A stretch of 64,000 nucleotides of DNA from Octopus vulgaris (GCA_951406725.2 OX597821.1:80290001-80354000); one strand, 5' to 3'. Positions 12,140-25,101 are shown, counted from the stretch's first letter. Translations and numbers: made by a program. Notes: generated by a model not told the origin, from the sequence alone.

Positions 12140-12925
12140 AAAACAACGAAAGAAATACAAGAAAAAAACAACGTGAGGACGTGGTATATGCAAAGTATTA
12201 TCAGACGCTCAGGGAAGGAAAAAAAGTTAGTTTTACGTTTCGAACAAAGCTCTTTTTCAGAAACCGGAGACAGAGGAAAGTCCAAGAGAAAAGGAAGACG
12301 GAGGACAAAAATCGCCAACAATCCGCATGTGGACGGTTGGCAGTCAGGCCAAGAAAGAAAGATCATGGCTGGCCGGACACCGGTTACGAGGAAAGAAGGG
12401 AGATGAGTAGGGGGCAGCGAGATTGAAGGATTAGAAAAAAAATCAGAGGTAAAGAGAAAGGTACAGGGGAGATAAACGAGTGAGAAATAGTGGGAGTTAA
12501 AGAAAGAGAGGGAATGGAAATGTGAGAGAGGGGGAGCGAGAAAAAGGAAGAAAAAGGAGAGGGGGAATAAAAGATAGAGTAAGAGTTGTACAAAAGTTAG
12601 ATACATCCCTACTATAAGGTGAGCACAAGGGTGTACGTACGCCGCTGTATGATACATCTATAAATAAATAAATATAAAAATGGAACAAAAACGCAATAGA
12701 GGACAATAAAAACATTCAGACTGATAGACGATAGAAAGGCAAACAAGAGAAACAACAATTAGAAGGACAGGCAAAAAAAGACGGGTCATTCGTGGCTTTC
12801 TTTCCTCAGTCAACTCCCATTAGTTCTCACTCTTTGTCTCTGATTTTTTCCTAATCTTTCAATCTCGCTTCCCCCTACCCATCTTCCCTCCTTCCACGTA
12901 ACCGGTGTCCGGCCAGCCATGATCT
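12140..12925 (-). mobile_element. Penelope-like terminal repeat remnant (H1 family) with inverted duplication
   Basis: Homology to the 9752 and 54379 copies; 12360-12500 is repeated in inverted orientation at 12811-12925. Confidence 0.6.
12229..12265 (-). ncRNA. Minimal type I hammerhead ribozyme motif, family H1 copy 2 (G8A)
   Basis: GGTTT-CTGAAAA-A-GAGC-TTT-GTTC-GAAA-CG-TA-AAACT. Confidence 0.65.
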
Positions 12926-13223
12926 GATACGAATGATCTATGATTAAAGGCATTTCCCGCTTGACCAAACTCTTCTTATTTTTTCGTGGATAGTTTATCT
13001 AAGATAATAACTGATGTACCTTCCCTTTTAAACATGGTTGAGACACTTGACTGCTATTTCAGCACCTCGAAAAGCCTAGCAGGTGCAGTCGTTAGCTTCT
13101 GTTCTATATTAGATATATCTATAAATGAGAAGTGCCGAGTAATTCTTGTGTAATTATGTAAGTCTACAAGCATGACTAGCACAAGTTAATGTGTCAAGAG
13201 AGATATTGCTTTTTAAGTACCTG

Positions 13224-13255
<32 letters not shown>

Positions 13256-14585
13256 CACACACACACCTACAAGGAATGAATTATATAAACGATATAAAAT
13301 AAGCCAGACAAATATATAATATCAATTAATCTATTAGATAAACAAAAAATGGATATTTATTACATAGATAAATATTCTACATGCAGAATGGGTAATTTGA
13401 AGGCTTATGTTTTTACAAGTAATTGTATAGATATACGCCTTTAATAAGAGCGCGCACGCGCGTGTGTGTGTATGAGTGGGTGTAGTGAGTGAATGTGTGT
13501 AGGTGTGGAATAAGTAAACAAGAAATTATAAAGCTGTATCAATGAGACAAATATGTTTATGTATGATTACGATAACTGGATAAAGAGATATGTTTTTGAT
13601 GAAATGCTACAATTAATCCCAAGAGTGCGCGTGCTATTAAAACGTGTTTCTAAACGATACGAACAGTGTATCAAGTGCTGCCGACTGTGGTCGCTAACAC
13701 ATCAAAATAAATATTTATTTTTTGTTTTTGCACATTTGAAGTTTTTATCTTTGCATTCTTGTAAAGGGTGGGTGCTTCGTAAGAGGCAGAAGGATAACAC
13801 ATATGCACTTGCTGCAAGGTTTCGGACACCTGTTTCGAAAAAGAGAGAGAAATAAACGACGATGAAGTTTCCTCAAACCGGATGCTTGCAAAGAAACCGG
13901 ATTCCTTTGAAGGCAGCCGAGAACCAGGTGATACTGTGCAACCGCGTGACAGATGAAGTCTACCAGTTGAATGGACGCGAATATGAATGTATGTATGGAA
14001 AATATATATAAAAAAAATAACCGTTTAGTTGAGTTTCAGTCATATTATAAATGTTTAAGTCGAAAGTAACTTGTTGGCAAAAATGTGTTGATTGCAATGG
14101 TACTTACTTTGATGAATAGAGTTTCCGCATTGTTGAAATATACTGTAATGAATTACATGTTTCAAAACCTTGCTTACTTTTTACTCAGCCTCATAGTATT
14201 TGTTATGAAGGTGTTTCAATCACTGGACTGTGGCCATGTTGGGGTACGGCAGTAAAGGGCTTAGTTGTTCAACCACACTTTCGTCAACCACACTTTCCAT
14301 TCAAATTTGTTGTCTTTTGCAAATTCTAGAAATCAATATCTGGCAGTATTTAGTAACAGCCACAAACGTTCTGAATTGAAATTCCTCAAGTGTCATCTTT
14401 ACTTCTTATCTTAACGAGGAACAATAAAGTAAGTACATCTATCCCACTTTATCACTGGGTTTTGTTTCAAAAAGCAAAAGACACACAGAAAGATGAATCA
14501 TTTCCACGCTTTTTGTAAATGGAACGAATGGTGGATTCATTGACACCAAACTCGCAGCCCATAGCTGCGAGGCCTCTATTGTACG

Positions 14586-14762
14586 GCATGGCTGTGTGGT
14601 AAGAAGCTTGCTTCGCAGCCACATGGTTCCAGGTTCAGTCCCACTGTGTGGCACCTTGTGCGAGTGTCTTCTACTATAGCCTCGAGCCGACAAAAGCCTT
14701 GTGGGTAGATTTGGTAGACAGAAACTGAAAGAAGCCTGTCGTGTGTTATATATATATATATA

Positions 14763-14797
<35 letters not shown>

Positions 14798-15098
14798 TAT
14801 AGATACATAGATATATATATATACATATACACACATATATAAACACATGCACACACACATATATATATATTACATATTATATATATGTGTGTATCTAATT
14901 GTGTCTTTGAGTCTGTGTTTGTCCCCATCACCCCTTGACAACCGGTGCTGGTGTGTTTACGTCCTGGTAACTTAGCAGTTCGGCAAAAGATCCCGATAGA
15001 ATAAGTACCAGACTAAAAAAAAAGTAAGTCTTGGGGTCGATTCATTCGATTAAAAATTCGAGGTTGTGCTCCAGCATGCCTGCAGTCAAATAACTGAA
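14586..15098 (+). mobile_element. SINE family A, full length
   Basis: A box TGGCTGTGTGG, B box GGTTCAGTCCC, central (TA)/(CA) tract, tail GTGCTCCAGCATGCCTGCAGTCAAATAACTGAAA. Confidence 0.9.
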
Positions 15099-15120
15099 AG
15101 AATCTCCCGAAGAAAATATA

Positions 15121-15987
15121 TGTGGTCTGATCAATATGTATACGGACTGGTGCCATTGTAACGAAGCTAAAGCACGTAGAATGAAGCTGCTTCGTACAGA
15201 TTGACCTTGAACCCTGCTATGCACGTACACTAAGTTTTAACCTGTTAGCTCACTCTCGCTGTTTACATCAGTGCTTGGAAGGAAGGTGTGTAGCATGTGA
15301 TCGTCGCATTGATCATGACAGATACAGTTGAGCAGAGAATCTGCATCAAATTTTGCCAGAAGCTTGATAATACCTGCTCAGAGGCCTATGCAAAGTTTTC
15401 AAAAACTTTTCATTGTTCTCGACACAATCAAGGAAATCTTCTGCAACTGAAACCCGAATCTTTTTGGCGAACTGAAAGCAGTTTTGGCACAAACTTAGCA
15501 GACACGAGTCTCATACACAAATCTTCTGTGATAATGGACTGAACTGAAAGGTAACTAATCTGCACATCCTCTGACAACTCACGGATGGGGATTGAACGAT
15601 TTCTCATCACAGCTGCACCTTTCTCAGTTCTGCTGTTTGAGGGTCTCCCAGAACGTTCGTCAATGACGAAAGTTTTTTGACCATCTTGGAAACGTCTGAA
15701 CCACTCGCATACTTGTGTGCAGCTCATGCACTCCTCTCCATACACTTTATGAAAGTTTGCGTGGGCCCATGAGTAGGTGTCACCAAGACAACTTTCTCTG
15801 TCATGGCCAATGTGAAAATCACACCTTCCTTGAAGCACTGCTGTAAACAGTTGGAAGTGAGCTAGAATGTCAAAACTTAATGCGCATGCACAGCAGAGTT
15901 GAAGGTCAATCTTTGCACAGCAGCTTTACTCTGCGTGCTTTAGCTTCGTTACTATGGTGACAGTCCGGATACTTATTGATCAGACCG
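15121..15987. mobile_element. mariner-derived palindromic element made of two inverted 5' ends
   Basis: Long imperfect inverted repeats starting GGTCTGATCAATA at both ends. Plus strand MTDTVEQRICIKFCQKL; minus strand VYGEECMSCTQVCEWFRRFQDG...DERSGRPS...VSAKFVPKLL (WVPxxL-like motif). Confidence 0.85.
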
Positions 15988-16807
15988 CTTACTCGTCTGT
16001 GTCATTTAAGGAGCATACACCTTCGAACTTTATGTTCTCGGGTCCCACATAGTACATAAATCCCTATAGAAAATGGGCAGCCTTGCAGTATGGCCATGTA
16101 AACGGCAGTATGGTCATGGGTAGCTTGAGCATTGAAGGTGGTGGGCTGGGCGCGTTTTTGTCGTAAATGTAGACCCTTCATGAATCCGCGTCAGAGTAAT
16201 AGTTCACAATTGAGCGTATCGTGTTATCCCGGATCAGTGATAAACGAAGCTATACATATCAGAAAAATACTGGGTCAATGATATTAATCGTACCCTTCCA
16301 CCAGATTCTTTGGCCTTAGTTTCTATGCTGTACACGCCTGGTTACCAAAATCTAAAGGAAGCTGTCACAGCCGTGAACTTGAAAAAAAAAAGAGACAGAA
16401 AAAACAAAAATAAAACAAAAATACAAAAAAGCAAGCCCAGCAAATATTTATTTACTAGTCGATCTGTTTCTAACTCAACCACATTAATCATTGATCTGAT
16501 AAAACACATTTGTATAATTATACTTGCTTCAAAAGGAATACATCGAACGCCGAAATGGATTGTTCAGAGGTAAAGCTTCTAGCGGTGCTGAGACATTCAC
16601 CTTGTTGCGATGTATGTTGAGGCTATTTGCCTGCCGGTATGTATGTCTCTCTACTCTCTCCTTCCCCCCTCTCTCTCTCTCTCTCCTGAATGCACACACA
16701 CACACACACATATATGCATATATATATGTGTGTGTGTATATGTATATATATATATATATGCATACGCACACATATACATACGTATATACACACAGATACG
16801 TATATTT

Positions 16808-16858
<51 letters not shown>

Positions 16859-16956
16859 TAGATATGTAGAGTATGCATGTGTGCACGAATGTGTGTGTAT
16901 TGAATTATTTTGGGAGAATCATTTTGCCAGTCAATATAAAATATCAGTTTCAAAAC

Positions 16957-18500
16957 ATGGTGTCACGTAAAAAATATTCTTCCAAAACAAAATACGATTC
17001 TCCGAAGAGGAATTTAAATATGCTAGATAGCTAGTCGAGAGACACGGAATAGCTGTAAAGTTGAATACCTCACCTGAGACAATCCAAGCTACGATACACT
17101 GCACAATGACGTACCGTACAATCGGGTTAAAGTCAAGGAGTGTGGAAAGAGCCACAGAGACTCAAATACAACAAGCTTTAGGTTCCGTCTGGAATCGAAA
17201 GGAGTATATACAGAAAGGGAGGGTGTATGGAATGGAGTACTTTCGATTCCATACCAAGGAAAAAGCCAAACATCACTCTCTGAATCCCCTCAAAAGCGAG
17301 GAGCTGTTGCTAGTTCCTTACTACTGTGATCAGAGACTGGCCAAAATCATAATTCAACAAGTACCGCCAGAAATAGCCATTCCTTGGCTAATTGCCGCAG
17401 GCATGATAGACATCGAAGAAAACTCAAATATCCTCAAAGCCTGTCAAACCTAAAAGGAGAACTGGTCTGGGATGAGCGAAGAACTCCTCATACAAAACAA
17501 CAGAAAAGAAAAGAATGTGGATCTCATCCCAGACCAGATCGTTCTTCCTGAAGGAAGCATAATTCCAGTCAGAGTAGAAGGAAGAAAAGCAAAGTGCCCA
17601 CCTTTGCGTTTCACCTCAGGTTTTAAAAGCCAACTGCCCTAAACGAAACGAAAAAGAGAGACGGGCACCTCTTCTCCCTACACCAACAACGGCCACCAGA
17701 ACTCCAGCAACAACGGCAGCAGCACCATCACCATCAGCAGATTCAGCCGTAGCTCCACCTACGCCAACACCAACACCAACAACCATACCGACACCGAGTT
17801 CACCGAAACACTTGTCAGCGCCCGAAGATGTTCCACTTCCCGATGCAGAGCGGGTGGACGTCACGGCGGGAGAGACGGACCGTGATGAGGACTGGCAGTT
17901 AAAAACAAAAACAAAAAGCGTAAAAGAGACTGAAGGAAAAATAAACACATGGACGAATAACAACAACAACAACAACAATCCTCATCCACACAAGAAGTGA
18001 AAAAAGTAAATAATCAAAACAAACGAAAACAAATACGCCCAAAACAAACACTACATCGACACCACCACCTCTAACACCTGAAACTTAAGCAACTACAACA
18101 ACACTCGCCACCACCACCCCCCACCACAACAACAACAACAACAACAACAGCAACAACAACAACTACAACAATAATTACCACCACCACCACCACTACTATC
18201 TCCTCCCATCCCCCTCCATCACAACAACAACAAACACAAATTAAAGACAGTAACGTTACGAACAAAATGGCAATAAACTCCAAAAACGATGAATTAATGA
18301 AATATATAATAACACGCACAAACATTACAGCAAAAGAGTTTCTCTCCCCCACACTCCCCCTGTCTGCACACATACCAATCTCTCAAACAACACAAAACAT
18401 ACACACACACTTAAAATCTCAATTCCCTCAGGAAGTCGGAGATTTTCGAGGGAATATCACCAAGAGAATTCTTGGTCATTTGCTGTTGGAAACACCCCAC
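16957..18500 (+). pseudogene. Tx1-like ORF1 remnant
   Basis: ORF 17061..17453 continues through a stop to IPVRVEGRKAKC (degenerate zinc knuckle), then a Thr/Pro-rich low-complexity region. Confidence 0.65.
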
Positions 18501-18574
18501 ACCAACGGGGATGGGGGTGGGGCGAGCAATCCGCCCCTCCAAACAAAACCAAGTAAGTTTTCGATAACATAGTC

Positions 18575-19290
18575 GTGTACAAAATAGGAAGCGTGAATGT
18601 ACGTCACCCTTGGAAGCGGGGTCACCTGCTCAACGACCTCAGGGAACTGAATGTCGACGTGGTGGCCATTAGCGAAACCAGAATTTCTGACTCACGGGAT
18701 TTCCGATCTATTTTGAGGTGTACGCATCTCCAAGTCGTCCGGGAGCGGGAGGCGGAGTTGCCGTGATGGTTCGGAAACATCAGACGATCTTCCTGGATCC
18801 GGAAAGTAAGTCAGTTGTCCTGGACGTGACAGACAGCGAAGGATACACTTTTAGGTTAGTTGCCGTCTGTGCCCCGGCAGGGGCAGGACGACCAGATTTC
18901 TTCAGACGTCTGGAAACCTTCCTGGGTACGTCCTGCTCTTTAGTGTTAGTGAGGGATTGGAATGGAGTTTTAGACGTAAAGTGGGACTGTGTAGGTTTAG
19001 CAGATAAGAAGAGGAAGGTGCAAATGCCTCGCAAACCTGCTCCGACGATTCCAACTCTCTGACAAGCATCGACTGGATTTCCTGGATGTGCCAGTGTGGA
19101 CCTGGTCAAACTGCATCGGGTCATCTAGATCGCATCTCGATAGAGTATTTTGTAGAGTAGCAGATAAGGATATCATCAGTTGTCCACAGTTTAAAGTAGT
19201 CGACTATACAGACCACAAATTCGTGATCTGTACAGTCGACTTAGATAGGCTTCATAGACGGAACCGGTTACTGGAAACTGAACACGTCAT
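18575..19290 (+). pseudogene. ORF2 apurinic-like endonuclease remnant
   Basis: IGSVNVR, DVVAISET, GGVAVMVR, LVAVCAP, LVRDWN, WTW...SRSHLDRVF, TDHKFV, GYWKLN across frameshifts. Confidence 0.9.
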
Positions 19291-19729
19291 TGCCGGCGCG
19301 AGAGATTTCAGAAACCGGATTAGTGAACTAGTTAAGAGAGGGTTGACGGGAGCAATAATTAACAACAAATGGTGGGTCGCCCTTAAAAGGGCGGTTAGAA
19401 TAGAACCGATAAGTTTTAACAAAGGACTAGCAGTAGAATGAAACGAAGTAGAAACAGAGCTAGTCAAGAAGTTACACGAAGCTTTTAGAAAAGGCATCAC
19501 GACCGACGTGCTCGCAGCAAGATCGGCTCTCAACCAATTCTTCAACGTGAAACACGAAAGTTCCGTTGTCAGAGTTAAGGCACAAGCACTTAGACACGAA
19601 GGGACGAAAACCGTTCAATGGGTCTGCGTGGCAGAGGCACGGCGTGGCAATAAATCCACGATCCAATCCTTGCCGAACCACGAAGGGCAAGTGATAACTG
19701 ATCCGGGACAGATGTCGTGCTTTGTCCAG

Positions 19730-20442
19730 GCCACTGTCTGATTACGCTGGAGTGTATACTCTTCCGCTTCTTGTGGAAGGGGCGTGTCCCGATAGTCAAG
19801 CGGTCTATCTGCTGTCAGCATCCGCCGCGTGGTGGTCTTGGCATGCCGTAGTGGATGATGCGCAGGCATGCCCTAAAGCTACGACATCTCCAGTGCTTCC
19901 TTGATGGTGAACAATGCTTCCTTGACCGTTCGCCAAACAAATATTTCCGCAGCTAGTTTCTTTAACAGAACTGCAGTCCTGCGTAAAACAGAAACCAAGG
20001 GTGGCGCATTTAGTAAATGGAATGTCTTCAAGCTCTCATAGTCCTCAGCCAATCGGAGAGTGCGATAAGTGGAACGTCCACGTTAGCATTTTATGGGCGA
20101 AGAGTGCGACGACGTTTTGGGGGAGACCTTGGGCATCGAGAAGATCAGTCAGTTGCTCTTTTCCAGAGAACTTTCAGCCTTCCTTTAAACGGGAAAGAAA
20201 GGCTGTTTTTATATTCCTGGTGGCCATGGCGAAAGAAATTGTGTTGGTGGACGAAATTGAAGGGGCTGAAGACAAACACTTTTCTCTTTGGAAAATCTCT
20301 GATGAACTTCTTCAAGTTTCACTTGAAAGGGAAATTAAGGGTAGAGAGGGAAGCGGTGTCTTCGAGTCAATTTGCTGAAAGGAGGGGGAAAGTGGCGAGA
20401 ATGGTACGCGTGAACGGGCCTGCCTTCAGCGTACACCTGTAG
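19730..20442 (+). pseudogene. ORF2 C-terminal (post-RT) remnant
   Basis: LECILFRFLWKGRVPIVKRSICCQHPPRGGLGMP is the L1/Tx1 FxW...GGLGxP motif; ends VNGPAFSVHL*. Confidence 0.85.
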
Positions 20443-20740
20443 TTGGAAAAAGGAAATGAAAAAAGGCACCCGCTCCAAGTATCAGGACAACCATGGTTTT
20501 TATGGGGTTTTTCTATGAGCAGGCCTCGAACGTCTCCTCCCTTTTGAGGATTACACATTGTTGATTTCTCTCTTTTTTTTTTTCTTAATTTTATTCGTCT
20601 TGTTTACATGCAAAACCCTCACGACTACACACTCACACACATAGACACACATTTTTTGTTTTGTCATGTGCTGTCCACAATGTTTTTCTTCATGTAAACC
20701 CTTGTAGTAAATAAAGAAATCATCATCATCATCATCATCA

Positions 20741-20805
<65 letters not shown>

Positions 20806-21498
20806 GAGGCGTGATATACCCCAGACTGCATAAGCGTACTTTTTTTTTATGAAAGTAGGTTGTGAAGAAAAATAGACCTGTTATTTCTAGCCAATGTAAA
20901 GACTACAATTACTGGTTCATTTGTAGTATTAGTTGTCAGATAAATTTGTTCGTCTTTTTTTTTTTTTTTAAATCATTTTTATATTAATTCTTTCCAATGT
21001 TATAAATAAGTAATATTTCTATTGCAGTCTTTTATTTATTTATTGATTTTGTGCTTCTATTCTTCCTCTACAACTTTTGTTTTTCCTCTTTGAAATTTGA
21101 ATAAATCTTGCCTCTTTTTAGACATATGACAATGGAGAGTTAAATAGAAAAAAAAATTTACAAAAACGAATGAAGTTATCTGACAAATTGATAGTAAATG
21201 CTTGTGATATCTAACTCTAGGTGTCGATGAAATTCACTTACTCATTACCCAAAGTTTCACTTACTCCCTACCCAAGGCCTTGTGCCTTTAGTAGAAAGGT
21301 TATTTAGCACTAGATCACCCAAATCCAGCAGACTAGTGATCAAATCAAACACATTCCAGGACTAAATTATCCAGTGTGTCCTTTTTAAGGCAGTAGTCGC
21401 TATATCTAGCATGCTGAGTAACCACGCAGAGGCTCCCGAACTTCTTCAGCGTATCATTCATCCTGTATAATAGATAAGTTTTTCCTCAACTGGGGTGT

Positions 21499-21704
21499 GG
21501 AGGCACATAATCTAATGGTTAGAGCAGTGGACTCGCGGTTGAGGGATCGCGGATTCGAATCTCAGACCTGGCGATATGTGTGTTTATGAGCGAAACATCT
21601 AAGCTCCACGGGGCTCCAGCAGAAGGTAATGGCGAAACTTCTGCAGACTCTTTCGCCACAATTTTCTCTCACTCTTTCCTCCTGCATCTGGCAGCGCTCA
21701 CCTG
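21499..21704 (+). mobile_element. SINE with head C (tRNA-Arg-like), 3' truncated at start of tail V
   Basis: GGAGGCACATAATCTAATGGTTAGAGCAGTGGACTCGCGG...GATTCGAATC; ends CTCACCTG as in 38960-38968. Confidence 0.8.
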
Positions 21705-21766
21705 AATATCATCTAGATGAAATTCCCTTGCGATATATTCATACATAAATATACACGCGTGTGTCT

Positions 21767-21834
<68 letters not shown>

Positions 21835-23051
21835 ACTAAATGATAGATGGATATGTTTTATTAAGTCTGCAATGCTCTACAGTAAGAAAAAGATTTACGT
21901 AGTCTGACGAAGCTTGACGGAGCTTGACGGATCATAAAGCTTAAAGTCGGTTTTTTAAAACTCTTGGGGTATCATAAGGTTCTGCTTGTTATGTATCAGT
22001 CACGCCCTGGAAAGGATTTCAAATCTGTTATTGAGAAAAGAATAAATAACGTCAGAATTTTAAAATTTATTATTCCCTTCTTAAATAGTGGGAATAATTT
22101 AGAAGATTTGGCTGCTACTTCTAACAGATCGAGTAAATTTCTACAGATTCCTTTCTTAGCTCGTGGCACGCCCATACGCATGAAACTGAAGCCTTGAGAG
22201 TATCAAGGGGATATATATCAATATGCAATATATACAGTTGAGAGCATATAGGTGTGTGTGTGTGAGTGGGTGTGTGCGTGCGTGCGTGCGTGTGTTGGGG
22301 CCCATATATGTGTATCAAGGTGTCTGTCTTTTTTCGTGTTGATTGCCAGCGGAATGTGTGTGTGTGTGTGTAATAGTATATGTATGGGATTGTGTATGGG
22401 TGTGTAATTGTATGTGTCTGTATGTGATTGTGTACGATTCCACGCGCTCAATGTGGGTGTGTATCTTTGATAAATTTCATTTCAGAACGAAGTGTATGGA
22501 ATATCAAAGCATTTCCGATTTGACTGCATTTAGATACATTTTTTTCCATCCATGTATGTATATATGTATTTAACATATAACGAGTGTGGGTGTGTCTGTC
22601 TAAGTAAGGCAGGCTTATAGACGTCATCAGAGATGCCACACACACAGAGGCACAGGGAAGTTGGCAACTATGCATCATATTGCATCTCTGCTTGCAGGGA
22701 GTGTCGAAGAAGTGTGCGTGAGAAGGCGATCATACAAAGGTTCAGCAAAGCAATATTGTGACACCTACTGCAAGAGACGCCCATCATCATCGTCCCCTCT
22801 ATACAGAAGACTACAAGCCTCTAATAAGTCCCAAAATCCGCATCCGTGATGCTCATGTTCAATCAAGCAATGACATTACTGGAAATTAAGTTGTAGCCAT
22901 AGTGTATGTACATACATACGTACGTATGTATGTACGTATGTATGTACGTATGTATGTATGTATGTATGTATGTATGTATGTATGTATGTGTATGTATGTA
23001 TGTATGTATGTATGTATGTATATATGCATGTATGTGTGTATGTATGTATGT

Positions 23052-23992
23052 AATTATTTAGTTTCATTTCAAGATTTCGTACCAATAGAGAAAGAACCGG
23101 TTTCTAACCTAGATCAAAGGCTCCTTCACTGGAATTTCAACATCAACTTGTTATTTTTGTATGTATGTATGTATGTATGTATGTATGTATGTATGTATGT
23201 ATGTATACGTGCAGATTTGTATGTTTCGCTTTATGTATGTATTCTCATGCATAAAGTTACATGTTGAGACAAGCTTATATATTCTTAAACGATAAAATTC
23301 TGGAAAGTTTTACAGATTTGTACAGTTCCAGTGATGGCTTGCATCTGCAGTCTTCGAATCAGCTTTCTCCTTTCAGTTTTCAGAAGCCTAATTCCTCAAT
23401 AATGGTGTTTAGGCAGTGTTATATATCCCAGAAAGCGCGTGGCTTAGTGGTTAGGGCATTCGACCCACGATTGTAATGTCGTGAGCAAGACACTTTATTT
23501 CCCGTTGCTGGCAAAAATGAGTTGTACCTGTAATTAAAAGGGCCAGCCTTGTCACACTCTTTGTCACGCTGAATCTACCTGAGAACTACGTTAGGAGTAC
23601 GCATGTCTGTGGATTGCTCAGCCACTTGCACGTTAATTTCACGAGCAGGCTGTTCCGTTGATCGTATCAGCTGGGACCCTCGTCGTCGTAACCGACGGAG
23701 TGCTCCTATATATATATATATATCCCAGTGCTCCAATAATTACACGTATAAACCTGAACTTGCAATCTGGATAGAGTAGCTGTAAATTTCTCAATAGTTC
23801 AGCGTAGTTATCTTCTTTTTCGCTGATCAACATCCGCTGGGCAGCTAAGTTCCACAACTGTGCACAGTTTCTCTTCTCTATCCCAAATTACTACGTCAGG
23901 TCTATTGTGTTTACATTTTATTGAGGTTTTCACTGGGACATTCCACCAATACTCCTCTTTATTATGAGTGGCTATGGCTTCTACTATACTGT
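23052..23992 (-). mobile_element. 3' end of an RLE-encoding non-LTR retrotransposon (R4/NeSL/R2-like group) embedded in (TACA)n, interrupted by a SINE
   Basis: EYWWNVPVKTSIKCKHNRPDVVIWDREEKLCTVVELSCPADV / ISEKEDNYAELLRNLQLLYPDCKFRFIRVIIGALGYI: RPD..E..K..Y..L..GALG restriction-like endonuclease motifs. Confidence 0.9.
23432..23716 (+). mobile_element. SINE head D plus tail X, nested in the RLE ORF with 12 bp TSD
   Basis: GCGCGTGGCTTAGTGGTTAGGG head; TATATATCCCAG at 23420-23431 and 23717-23728. Confidence 0.9.
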
Positions 23993-24304
23993 AAGTTTAT
24001 GTATATATGTATGTATGTATGTGTTGGAGTGTCATTCCGGGTGTCCAATTTCAATGCAAAGTCTGTTCCCTCCACAAAAAAAAAAAACTTGCAATCACGT
24101 GGTGGATTGAAACGGAACATGAACATTTATGCTACACAAGCAGGAAGTGGATCCAATGTTGAAATGAGATATACTGTTGCAGTATATGTGATCAGCTCTT
24201 CAAACACCTTTGAGGGCTCAAAAGTAATTTAAGATCTCACGCTAGGAAAGTACTATTATAGTTATAAGAAAATGTCACTCTGCAAGGAGCTAGACAGCCA
24301 CCAT

Positions 24305-24580
24305 GTATGTATGTATGTATGTATGTATGTATGTATGTATGTATGTATGTATGTATGTATATAGGTATGTATGTATGTATGCATGTATGTATGCATGTAT
24401 GTATGCATGTATGCATGTATGAATATATGTATGTATGTATGTATGAATATATGCATGCATGTATGTATGTATGCATGTATGTATGCATGTATGTATGTAT
24501 GTATGTATGTATGTATGTATATGTACATATATATGTGTTTGTGTGTGTGTGTATGTGTGCGCGTATGCGTGTGTGTGTAT
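24305..24580. repeat. (TATG)n and (TG)n microsatellite
   Basis: Directly visible. Confidence 0.95.
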
Positions 24581-24796
24581 CTTTTGTCATTTAACTTTTA
24601 CTTGTTTCACACGTTAGACTGCGGCCATGCTGGGGCAAATAAGCTTTAACGTAGAAAATTTAATAATGGAAACATAACGATTCATTTTCACTTCAAAACA
24701 TTAAGGGATTTATCTCTGTGACATGACTGACACCTCATATCTTTTCCGAGTTAGACGTTTCATCATACAGCCAAATTGTTAATAATAGTTACGAAT

Positions 24797-25101
24797 GGAG
24801 GCGCGTGGTCACGGGTTAAGATATTCATCTCAAGGTTGTGAGTTCGATACTAGGCGGTGCGTTATGTCCGAAATCACGTCGCTTTATTTCATGTATTGCT
24901 TCAGTCCACTCACCTGTCCAAAATGAGTTGTACCTGTATTTCAAAGGGTCAGCTTTGTCACATTCTGTGTCACATGGACTCTGCGAACTGAGGTTATGTC
25001 TGTCTGTGGAGTGCTCAGCCACTTGTACGTTCATTTGAGGAGCATACCTCTCCGTTTATCGGATCATCTGGAACGCTCGTCGTCGTAACCGACGAAGTGC
25101 T
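24797..25101 (+). mobile_element. SINE head D plus tail X
   Basis: GGAGGCGCGTGG...AAAATGAGTTGTACCTGTATTTCAAAGGG...CTCGTCGTCGTAACCGACG. Confidence 0.85.

Larger units (their letters stand above)
16895..20805 (+). mobile_element. L1/Tx1-clade LINE with both ends, RT domain deleted, (CAT)n(TAT)n tail
   Basis: ORF1 remnant, APE endonuclease remnant, post-RT motif, and 3' UTR ending AATAAAGAAAT followed by a trinucleotide tail. Confidence 0.9.

Noticed and set aside
21904-21935. CTGACGA followed by AGCT hairpin
   Set aside because: No GAAA box; it is a small duplication of AGCTTGACGG.
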